Shown here: positions 38,308-47,788 of the stretch, piece by piece
Numbering within the stretch: position 1 is the first letter of the stretch
Layout of the letters: each line of letters begins with the position of its first letter
Assembly: GCF_018350175.1 (NCBI RefSeq)
Contig: NC_058383.1
Coordinates: forward strand, 10,108,001-10,168,000
Origin: Felis catus
Lineage: Eukaryota
Direction of reading: 5' to 3'
DNA: 60,000 nucleotides
Translations under genes and position numbers: made by a program
The notes under the pieces: model-generated
Database searches by the model: none
Seen by the model: the letters and a program-made list of their open reading frames with translations, nothing else
Told to the model about the DNA's origin: nothing

Positions 38308-38431
38308 CACCCAGAACTTCCAGTTGTGCAGTGTCCGGGTGCGGACATAGTCGTTGAACATGTCTCGCATCTGGTCGAAACGCTGGTGCGTGATGGGCAC
38401 CCCGGTAGCAGGCAGCTGCTGCTGGCACAGG
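38308..38431 (-). CDS. MLXIPL: MLXIPL exon 15 (LCQQQLPATGVP...RTLHNWKFWV; WMC/DCD domain)
   Basis: cccccag| acceptor, GTG|gtatcctt U12-type donor, 124 nt. Confidence 0.96.
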
Positions 38432-38547
38432 CTGGGGGGGTACACGGGGCTGGTCAGGGTTTGGGAGTCCTGCCCCTTTCCCCCAAGCCGCACGCGTGCG
38501 CACGCGCATGCGCACCCCCCCCCCCCCCCCCCCCTGCTTACACCTAC

Positions 38548-38675
38548 TTAATGGCAGCGTTGAGCTCCTCGATCTGGTCCCGTAGCTGCTGGGCCTCCTC
38601 CTGCATGGCCGCCCGCTCCTGCTGCAGCATGGTGATGTACTCGGCCGTCTTCTGCAGTGTGGTTGCTTTGCTCAC
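38548..38675 (-). CDS. MLXIPL: MLXIPL exon 14 (helix 2 and leucine zipper VSKATTLQKTAEYI...IEELNAAI)
   Basis: ctgcag| acceptor, AA|gtaggt donor, 128 nt. Confidence 0.96.
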
Positions 38676-38839
38676 CTGCAGGCATCCCCAGTGTGGCTCA
38701 GGTGCTGGAGGTGGCCCCACTCAGGGGCCCACTGAGGAGGAAACTGGGTGTCTGGGGGGCCCTGGGGCTTGGTCCTGGGAAGGGGGTCTACGAAGGAGCC
38801 CTGTGGTTCCGGGGCTGCCGGCCCGGGCTGGAGGCTCAC

Positions 38840-38959
38840 CTTGAGGCTGGGCTGGGCGCTGAGTGTGCTCACCAGCCCGTGCAGGGTGTCAAACCCCAGC
38901 TTGATATTGAAGCGCCTCTTCTGTTCTGCAGAGATGTGTGTGATGCGCCGGTTCTCAGT
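38840..38959 (-). CDS. MLXIPL: MLXIPL exon 13 (bHLH basic region TENRRITHISAEQKRRFNIKLGFDTLHGLV)
   Basis: ccccaag| acceptor (AAG), AAG|gtgagc donor, 120 nt, bHLH H-x3-E-x2-RR signature. Confidence 0.96.
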
Positions 38960-39051
38960 CTTGGGGAGGCAGACAGGGGGGTGAGCCTAGGAAGGAGCAT
39001 GGAAGGGCCTGGGGGTAGCAAACAGATCTTGGGGTGAGGGAATGGTGCCAC

Positions 39052-39167
39052 CTTGTTGTTGTCTGGACGACCCCGGCTTAGGATGGGTTGAGGGGGAGAG
39101 ACGCAGACACTCAGGGTCCCCGGGCCTGGAATGGAGTTGAGTTCCCCAGACAGCCTCCGCTCACCAC
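39052..39167 (-). CDS. MLXIPL: MLXIPL exon 12 (GGERRLSGELNSIPGPG...RGRPDNNK)
   Basis: cacag| acceptor, AAG|gtggca donor, 116 nt, RRLS PKA motif. Confidence 0.94.
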
Positions 39168-39330
39168 CTGTGGCGGGGAAAGACAGACCCCCAGACAGAC
39201 CGACACAGGGGAGAGGGGTCCCATTGCCCCTCCCCTCTCATCCTGGCCTCAGATGTGGGCCCCCCTTCTTCCTTCCCCTTTCTCCATCCCCTAGGGACCC
39301 CCCTCCCGGATCCCTGCAAGCCCTCTTTAC

Positions 39331-39478
39331 CGCTGTGTGCTGGGGGCGAGAGCCGCTCCGCTTTGGGGACAATCAGGGGCCTGGGAGGTGCCAGTGTGGT
39401 TGGGCCTGGAGGGGGCCGGGGTGGTGTGGGGGCCGGGGTCGGGGGTAGGAAGGTGCAGGGGAATTCAGGGGCCGTCTC
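39331..39478 (-). CDS. MLXIPL: MLXIPL exon 11 (ETAPEFPCTFLPPTPAP...VPKAERLSPPAHS)
   Basis: ctgcag| acceptor, G|gtaaag donor, 148 nt. Confidence 0.93.
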
Positions 39479-39555
39479 CTGCAGGGGTGGAGAAGGGCAG
39501 AGAGTTGGGGTGAAGCCCTGGGCCCACCCTCACCTCCCAGTGCCCGCCATCTTAC

Positions 39556-39623
39556 CGGGGACCCTGAGGGCCGGAGGAGGGTGCTGGATACGAGTGGTGG
39601 TTCCAGGGCTTGCTCGGGCTTGG
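39556..39623 (-). CDS. MLXIPL: MLXIPL exon 10 (AKPEQALEPPLVSSTLLRPSGSP)
   Basis: cacag| acceptor, CCG|gtaaga donor, 68 nt. Confidence 0.94.
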
Positions 39624-39850
39624 CTGTGCACAGGCAGAACTGTGAGGGACACTGGGGCCAGCCCTAGCCCCGTCGTCTCCCGAGACCCCATCCCTCCCCT
39701 CCAGATAGCTCACTCCCCTTTCGGGTTTGGGGCCCATGTCCCTAATTCCTCGCCACCTCCCCCACAGCTGAGCCCACCCCTTACCACTTCACCCTCTGCT
39801 CCCACAGGCTTCCCACTTCCCCTCTGAGGACAGTGCTCTTCCCATCTCAC

Positions 39851-40397
39851 CTGCTGTGAGCAGCTGTGTGAGGCAGGGGTTGTTGCCCCCCACTGGGGTA
39901 GTGGGGTTGGCGGTGGCAGGGGCCAATGTTGGGGGGCTGGGCTTCTCCCCTCTAGGGGATGGGGCGGGGGGCTTGCCTCTGGACCTCATGCCTTGGGGCA
40001 CTGTGAAGTGAGGCCCAAATTGGGGCTCCAGATACCCTGAGGGTAGAAGGTCTATGGGGAAGGGAGCAGGGGCCGGGCCTGGACCAGGCTGGGGGGTAGG
40101 TGGGAAGGCAGTGGGAGCTGGCAGTGGGGACACTCCTGGGGCAGGAGGGACAGTAGAGAAGGGGAATCTAGGAGAGAAGAGAGGCTCTTCCTGCAGCAAA
40201 GCAGGGGGAGGAGCCATGGGAGGGAAGGCGGGTGGGGGACAGGGCTCTAGACCAGGCCCCTTGGGAAGGGCAGGGTATTGGAAGAGGGGTGGGGGTGCTG
40301 GCGGGGGTGGGAGCTTGGGCTTGGGGTCTTCAGGAAGGAGGAAATCAGAGTTCAGGAAGGCACTGGAGTCCAGGGTGCCAGGGCAGCTGCTCCGAGC
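39851..40397 (-). CDS. MLXIPL: MLXIPL exon 9 (proline-rich region; ARSSCPG...NNPCLTQLLTA)
   Basis: aaccag| acceptor, G|gtgaga donor, 547 nt, open frame, LTQLL nuclear-receptor-box-like motif. Confidence 0.95.
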
Positions 40398-40619
40398 CTG
40401 GTTGGGGGACAGAGAGAGAGCAGGGGAGAAAGCTGGCCTTTGCAGCCACCCAGGCAGGCTCTGGCCCTGGCTGAGGTCTGGACTGGGCACTGGGAGAGAG
40501 AGGAGAAATGATCCCTGTTGTCCCCCCCACCTACACACACCAAAGGAAATTGTAACCTAATGAGGGGAGGGAGTGGAACACACTTAGGCACACATTAGGT
40601 GTAAGAAAGAGCATCAATC

Positions 40620-41000
40620 TTCCTGCCCATCTTTTCATTCACCAAATAATGATTCCATCCTACCACCAATCCCTTCGTTCTCCATTCCCCTATTTGGCCT
40701 CTCACCTGTGAGCTAACTCATCTATCTCTCCACCAACCTGTGAGGGATAAACCCGTTCACCAATCCATCCAACCCATTCATCCACCAACCCATCCAGACA
40801 TAATCCATCCACCTATCCACCATCTGTTCATTGACCAGCCACTTATCCAGCCACCACCCTATTCATCTACAAGTCCATCCACCAGCACATGCATCCAACC
40901 AACCACTCGCTTACCCATGTGAGCATCCACCCCCATCTACAACCCGTGTATCCATTCACCAACACACCCATCCATCCACACATTCACTCATTCACTTAGT
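40620..41000. repeat. Degenerate (CCAT/CCAC)n low-complexity tract in MLXIPL intron 8
   Basis: Repeated ccatcc/ccaccc/catcca units. Confidence 0.85.
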
Positions 41001-41648
41001 GGCTCAACCATTGGGCAACCATTGACCCTATGCTTCTTGAACTGTGGTAGGTATGGAAGATGCAGCGGTGAGCAAGGCCTAGCTCTTCCAGTAAGGAGCT
41101 CACGGTCTGGTTGAGGAGAGAGACCTCTCAGCAATGAACTACAGTAGTGCCGGAACAGTCTGATGACAGAGGGACCTGGCAGCAGAGAGGCAACCACCGA
41201 ATTGAGCCTGTGAGTTCCGTATCCAAAATGGCAGGTTCACTGTTTCCTTAATGCTCACACTGACCTTTCTGTCTCCGTGTGCTCTCCTCCCATCTGGCTT
41301 GCCCTTTACTGGCCTCTTCTGGCCAAACCCAACACATTCACTAAGCCCAGAACCTCGCCTCCTCCAGGAAGCCTTCCCCAAGCACCCCAGTCCTTCGTGG
41401 TACCCTGCTTCATGCTCCCCTGCCCTCAGCCTCCCTCCCAGAACCACCTGGTCCATCTCTGCTTCACAACGGTTTCCTCCTCAACTGAACTGCGCCCGCT
41501 GAGAGGGCAGAGATGGGGTCTGTCTCCCCCCTCCAGTCCCTCTCAGTTGACCAAGCATAGGAATGAGCACCCAGGAAGTGCCCTGAATATCTCCTGGACA
41601 TGGGCAGGTGAGCGAGGCACGGCTGAGTGGCGTGGGGTGGGAGCTCAC

Positions 41649-41818
41649 CTGCAGGCGGTTATTCCCTGAGAGGTGGGTCATGCCTGACGAGGCAGGGGGC
41701 ACCTCTGAGCCCAGGATCGAACTGCCGAAGAAAGGGTCAGCCATGGTGCCAAAACTGGGGGGCTCCGGGAAGTGTGAGGGCGTGGGTGTCTGTGGGGGGC
41801 GGTAGCTGGTGAAGAAAT
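41649..41818 (-). CDS. MLXIPL: MLXIPL exon 8 (DFFTSYRPPQ...MTHLSGNNRLQ)
   Basis: ttacag| acceptor, CAG|gtgagc donor, 170 nt. Confidence 0.95.
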
Positions 41819-42849
41819 CTGTAATTCAACATACAGGGTGGTGGCAGTTAAGGATAGGGCCAGGCGTGGCTGGAGGCAGTGGGAGGAGAGTGGGCCTCGT
41901 GCCCTGTCCCCAAGCTGGGCTGGCCTGGCTGGCGGTGAGGTGGGGGTAGGCGGGGGAGGGGGGGCTTCCACAGGAGATTGTGAAATTGAGAGAGTTTCTG
42001 TCTCACTCAGGGGAAGCAGCAACAGAGGTTCGGTTGGGATGGGCCTGCGTGGAGGACAGCAGAGGCCGTGTGGGGGCGTGAGCAGGACCCCCGGGAAACA
42101 GCCCTCCCACCGAGCCCCACACTCCGCTCATGAGGCCCCCTTCCCTGTCCCAGGCCTGGGCACTCCCCTCTTCTGCTCCTGTTACCAGCCCTGCTGGGGC
42201 CAGAGAAAGGGGAGGGGTAATAGAGAGTGCCCTGAAGGGACAGGGGTGGGGTGCAAAGGGGCAGAGGTCCTGGATAGGGAAGAGCCCCGGGGTGATAGGA
42301 GTTCAAGGGGTGAGATAGAGGTGAGAGGGGTCAGGAGGTCAGTGGGTCTGCGAAGTTGGCTTGTGGAAAGGTCAAGTGGGGCCTCAAAAGTAGAGCCCAG
42401 GAGTGGGGTGGAAGGGCTAAGGGGGTCATAGCAGGGGTCAGAGGGTGGGCTCAGAGCGGGGGCAGGAGTTGGGGGGGGCACTGGAAAGCCTGGAAGAGCT
42501 GGCGGGAAGGGTCAGCCAGATTGTCTGAGGTGCGGGTTGTGTAAGCCCCAGGCTATTCTGGTTTTGGGAAGCAGCTGCCTGCGGCCTGACCACATCCCGG
42601 GCCTGGGCGCCGCCCGCCCACCCGCTCCCTTCCGGGCACCTTTCTCTGACCCTGACCAGTCTTTGGCCTGCGGCAGCTCCCAAGACCTCCTGGTCTTGTC
42701 CTACCCAGCTCCGCTGGCCTTGGATGGGCCCTGGCTCCCCAGGCAGGGGAGCTGGTCAGGCCTCCTCCCAAGAGAAGGAGACTCAGGAGTGGGACAGATA
42801 AGACCATGCCAAATCTGGAGCCTGCTGTGTGTTGAACTTGTATATCCAT

Positions 42850-43091
42850 CTTTTTTTTTTTTTATCTTTTCCTTCTTTTTTTTAAAGTTTTTAAAACTTA
42901 TTTTGAGAGAGACAAAGATAGCATGAGTGTGGGAGGGGCAGAGAGAGAGGGTGAGAGAGAGAATCCCAAGCAGGCTCTGTGCTACCAGCACAGAGCCCGA
43001 CGCAGGGCTCGAACTCACGAAACCGCGAGATCATGACCCGACCCGAAACCAAGAGTCGGACGCTTAACCGACTGAGCCACCCAGGTGCCCC
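42850..43091 (-). mobile_element. Can-SINE in MLXIPL intron 7
   Basis: Poly-T tail and reverse-complement head. Confidence 0.92.
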
Positions 43092-44522
43092 TAAACTTGT
43101 CTGCACGTCTTACGTGACTCTGGTGCCCACCTGTCACTGGAAGGTGGCTCTACATGTAGCATCTATCTGTCTCCCTGTGCGTGTAGCTCTGTCTGAGCCT
43201 GTGTGCCTGCCTTGATGTGAGGTGCTTGGCATGTGCATGTCTGCTCTGTGCCTGGTGTGTGTGTGTCTTTCCTCAGCCACCTGATCAGAAAGGATCTTTT
43301 TGTCCTACTGTCTCCGTTTAACCAAGGGACTGAGTGGCAGAGAATGAGTGGTCACCGATCCTCTATCCCCCAGCCCCCACAGACTGTGGGTCTCACCACT
43401 AGGCCCCCTGAGGCCCAGGCTCTAGAACTAGCCACATACTGGGCCTGCTTCCTGCTCACTGCTGCTGCCTGCCCCCCGGTGCTCAGAAGGGTTCATGCAG
43501 TAAGGAGCCCAGCTCGCCACTGAGTCACCACCAACCCCCAGCCATAGTTTACCCTCAGTTGCCCCTCTCCGCTTCCTAGCCCTGGCCAGCCACCCACGGA
43601 ACCCTAGTCTCCCCCATCCCAAGCTTCTACCCCCACCATCGATGTGCATCCCCTCCCTGAGACCCTCTCCTGCTCCAAGCCCCCTCCCCTTCCTTGAGCA
43701 CTCCTCACCAAGCCCCCTCCCTCCATAGAGTTCCGGCCTCTTCACTGGGATTCCTCTCAAGCGAAGAGCTCTTGGGGGACAATCAAAGCACCAGCCCCGG
43801 TGTCCCTGGTGGTCCCTACCCTCCCTGTAATGGAGCACGAGAGGGGGCCACACTAACCACCTCCTCTGCGTGACCCACACCCCCTATCGTAGGTTGCCCA
43901 TGCTCACCCCCACCCAGGCAGCCACCCTGGGTTGAGAGAGCGGCTTCTCAGCCCCAGTTTTGGCCCTGGAGCCCGGGGTCCAGGAAGTTTCCTACCTGTG
44001 GCAGGGGTGCGTGTGCCCAGACAGGACCGCTGCCCTCCCAGGCTGGTCTGCTCTCAGGGCACTGCCATCAACACTTCTGCCCCCACAGCCCCCACCCTGT
44101 CCAGGGCTGAGGCAGGGGTGGGGGTGGTTCCTCATTCCCTAGTTCCCTCCCCACCTCTTGACTGACAGGCCCAGGACCCTGTGAAAAAGGAGTGGAGGGG
44201 TCATTGCCACTAAACCTGTATCCCAGAACCCCCCTTTCTCGCCCCGGAGCCTTGGCTAAGGCAAGCCAAGTCTCTATGGCTACCTGACCCCTAGCATGGC
44301 TCCAGAATCCCCTAAATGTTTGATTATCGGGGACAGTCTCCAAGATCTATAGCTAAGTAAAAGAAATGATGTAGGAAGAGTGTGTTGTGAAAACAAAAAG
44401 AGACATTTTTCCACAGCTGCTATACAGACACGGGTATCTCTGGGAGGACACAAAAACCAGTGACCCAGTGGCCCTGGGGTCAGGAGAGGGAGGCGCAGAA
44501 ACATGTTACTTAAAAAGTGCTT

Positions 44523-44988
44523 GGGGTGCCTGGGTGGCTCACTCAGTTAAGCGTCTGACTTCTGCTCAGGTCATGGTCTCGCAGTTCATGGGTTTGAGCC
44601 CCACATCGGGCTCACTGTTGACAGCACGGAGCCCGCTTCAGATCCTCTCTCTCCCTCTCTCTCTCTGCCCCTTCTTCACGTGCTCATTTCTCTCTCTCTC
44701 AAAAATAAGTAAACATTAAAAAAAATTTGTTAAGTGCTTTACAAGATACAATTCCTGGGATTTTCTTTTTCTTTTCCTTTTTTTTTTTTTTTAAGTTGAT
44801 TTGTTTTGAGAGAGAAAGAGAGTGCAAGCAGGGTAGAGGCAGAGAGAGAGGGAGAGAGAGAATCCCAAGCAGACTCTGAACTGTCAGTACAGAGCCTGAT
44901 GAGGGGCTTGAACCCACAAACCACAGGATCATGACCTGAGCCGAAACCAAGAGTCACTGCTCAACCGACTGAGCCACCAAGGTGCCCC
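44523..44988. mobile_element. Tail-to-tail inverted Can-SINE pair in MLXIPL intron 7 (plus approx. 44523-44725; minus approx. 44761-44988)
   Basis: Two opposite-orientation SINE bodies about 35 nt apart. Confidence 0.9.
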
Positions 44989-45357
44989 AATAAATAGTTT
45001 TTAAAGGGAATTAAATAAATAATAAACAGACCCAAACAAATGAAAGTCCCTTTCTCTCCTGAGAGTCCCAGCATCCATTGCTTCCTGGGAGCCCAAAGAG
45101 CCCAGAGCCTGAAGCTTCAATGCCCCTGAGCCTTGACCGCTGCTCAGTGTCCAGTCTGGCCCTGCTCTCACCTGAGGCCAAGTCATTTGCATCCCAAGTC
45201 CTGACAAAGGGAGACCAGGAAGATCCCTCAGAAATCACTCAGATCATCCACCCTCCCACAGGGGCCTGAGGTCTGGTGGTCATGCTGGGACTCTCCTCAC
45301 ACTGACCCAGCCATGGGCCCCGCCTCCCCTTGCCCCCAGGACAGGGCGCTGCTTCAC

Positions 45358-45438
45358 CTGAGATCTCCATGAAGTCATCCAGGCTGGGCTGCAGGGGTGT
45401 CAGGTCCGGCTGGATCATGTCAGCATTGCCCACATAAG
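45358..45438 (-). CDS. MLXIPL: MLXIPL exon 7 (AYVGNADMIQPDLTPLQPSLDDFMEIS)
   Basis: ctccag| acceptor, G|gtgaag donor, 81 nt; MCR V. Confidence 0.96.
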
Positions 45439-45562
45439 CTGGAGGGGGCAGTGGTGACGTCAGGAGCGGCAGGCCGGGTGGACTGGGGGCCACCCACCCC
45501 TGGCCATCCTCCCTTGGCTGCCGGATTTTCACAGGCCTCCCTTTGCAGGTGCAGGCCCTTAC

Positions 45563-45764
45563 CGTCCTCAGGGCGCAGCTGCAGGGGCGTGGAGCTGGGC
45601 TGAGTCATGGTGAAGAGCGTGTCGGAGATGTCGGACAAAAAGCAGTCCAGGTCCAGAAGCTGCCGCCCGCCAGGCTCCTCCTCTGGGCCCCCGAGCAGCA
45701 CGGGCACCACACTGGAGAAGAGCTGCTCGCACCATCGCTCCGGTGGTTGCCAACCCCCTTCCGC
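45563..45764 (-). CDS. MLXIPL: MLXIPL exon 6 (AEGGWQPPERWCEQLFSSVVP...LLDLDCFLSDISDTLFTMTQ)
   Basis: ccctag| acceptor, G|gtaagg donor, 202 nt; SDTLF (MCR6) motif. Confidence 0.96.
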
Positions 45765-46212
45765 CTAGGGAGACAGAACCTTCAGCAGCCACGAGAGAGG
45801 GACACCGGGGTCTCCCGCTGCCCTTGGCCCTTTCATATGGCCCCCGCCTGGGGGATGAAGTGGTCAGTACATGGCCCTCCTCACCTCTCTCTCTGGAGGA
45901 TCCAGTTTGCCTACTGGAAGGCTTATGGTCACCCCATTGGCTTTTAACAACTGTCCCCACGAGCTAGACCTGGATGGCCTGCTGAACAGATAAGGGGCCT
46001 CTTCCTGTCCCCTATGCTTTTTCTGCCTGGAACCTCAGTTCTTAGGGACTTCCGTTCTCCGATGCTTCCCACCACTTCGCTCAAGGACTTCCCACCCCTC
46101 AGGAGGAGAAGGGCTCAATCAACCAGAGGACGGCGGCCACGCCCACTGCCCCCATCGGGTCCGGCCTCATCTCCTCGAAGCTGTCAATTCTCTGGGTCCA
46201 GGGAGCACCCAC

Positions 46213-46257
46213 CTGCTTTGGGGTCAGGAGATCCCCTTCCCTGCTGCACTTACGGAG
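46213..46257 (-). CDS. MLXIPL: MLXIPL exon 5 (LRKCSREGDLLTPKQ; Ser196)
   Basis: ctgcag| acceptor, CAG|gtgggt donor, 45 nt, in frame. Confidence 0.93.
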
Positions 46258-46537
46258 CTGCAGGAACACACAGAGGTGGACAATGGATCCCTTGTCCCTC
46301 TTCCATCACTTCCCGCCAAGGCCTCCCCTACTCACAAGCTCCCCCAGATGAGAGGGATGCCGATTCCCCTCTGGAGCTCCTCCGCGCTGGGAGGTAAGGA
46401 GGCTGCGAGGGGACCCTCGGCCACACGGTGGCGCTGTCAGCCTGGGTCTTAATGGGAGGCAGGGTCGAGGGGCGTCTCGCCCCGGGCTCTTTCAAGAGAG
46501 GCAGTGGTCAGCAACCCCCCCGGGCCCCCCCACTGAC

Positions 46538-46627
46538 CCGCTTCTTGTAGTAGATGCGCCACTTGTGGTACTCGCGCATCACCACCTCGATGCGCCGCTT
46601 CCAGTAATTGCCCTCTAGGACCACGGC
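46538..46627 (-). CDS. MLXIPL: MLXIPL exon 4 (AVVLEGNYWKRRIEVVMREYHKWRIYYKKR; contains the internal Met used by ChREBP-beta)
   Basis: ctccag| acceptor, CGG|gtcagt donor, 90 nt, MCR IV/NLS. Confidence 0.97.
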
Positions 46628-46781
46628 CTGGAGAGGGCCCGGGAGGGGGCTCAGTGAGACGGGCAGCACGGACCCCACCCCTCACCCGATCCCCATCGGG
46701 GCCAGCCCCTCCTGCCCGGCACTAGGAGGCACCGGGCTTGGTAGGGGAGCAGGCAGGCGGGAGGTCCTGCGTCTCAGCTAC

Positions 46782-46864
46782 CTCTGGTTTTCGGTGCTCA
46801 TCAGCCTCAGGCCCCTGCAGGGGGGTCACGAAGCCACACACGGGGCTCTTCCTCCGCTCCACAT
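46782..46864 (-). CDS. MLXIPL: MLXIPL exon 3 (YVERRKSPVCGFVTPLQGPEADEHRKPE)
   Basis: tctcag| acceptor, GAG|gtagct donor, 83 nt. Confidence 0.96.
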
Positions 46865-47751
46865 CTGAGAGAAGGGGGCCAGGTCAGGAGGGTACCCAGC
46901 TCCATCACTTCCCACTCCAAGGGGACTGGGACTCAAGTGCCACGCTAGGAAATCCTGCTTAGACTAAGTACCACCTCCTCCAGAAGTCTTTCTGCCTGCT
47001 CCAGCCCTCCCAGAGCTCCCTCTTCAATGGGACCCCGTGAAAGGAACCTCCCACACCTCCTCTGCCCCCCTTGGCAGCCCAGCAGGTGTGCAGGCAATGG
47101 TTGCTGAATGGCATCGTGTGATCACAGGAAACGATCTGCTCCAACATCAGACCCTCAGACCAGCAGGCCAGGGCCTGGAGCCCTTGGTGCCCTGCCTCAG
47201 GCACTGCCCAAGCTGATGCCAGATAACCACCCCTTGTCCCTTCAGGCCACCTAGCTGAGCCCTTTTGCCACCTCCTCCACTCCCTTCCCTGTCTCCAATC
47301 CTGGTCTCTCCCCAGGTTCCTCCTTTTGGGCCCATAAACACATTCCAAGCTCCCCTTTGCCCGCCAAACGTTCCCTTCCTTTGCTTCCCCAACAGGCTAA
47401 TCTTCTTCCCTTTCACCCCTTTGTTTTGCTCCTTGTTCTGGAAGGTTTGCCACCACTACCTGCACTCCATGCCTCCTGGTCTCCTCTTCACTTCCTGTAA
47501 CTCAGTACCTGCCCCCAGTGCTCTGTCAAGGCCCTTGTCTGCCCCCCCCCCCCAGGGCCCATCCCTCTGGGCCTCAGCGGTGGAGCACCCCCTCCTCCCT
47601 CGACAAGGGAACCTTCCCTTGGTTCTCCTGTTTCCCTGACCATTTTCACTGGTCCTTCTTTGAGGCCCGCCCCCCAACCTCTCTCATCCTGCCTCTTTCT
47701 AGGCTTATTTTCCAGCTGCCCACAGAATCTCCATCAGGATGTACCAAATTA

Positions 47752-47788
<37 letters not shown>

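Noticed and set aside
38491..38510. Possible autoregulatory ChoRE (two CACGCG plus CGCATG) in intron 14
   Set aside because: Spacings are 4 and 8 bp, not the 5 bp required between ChoRE E-boxes
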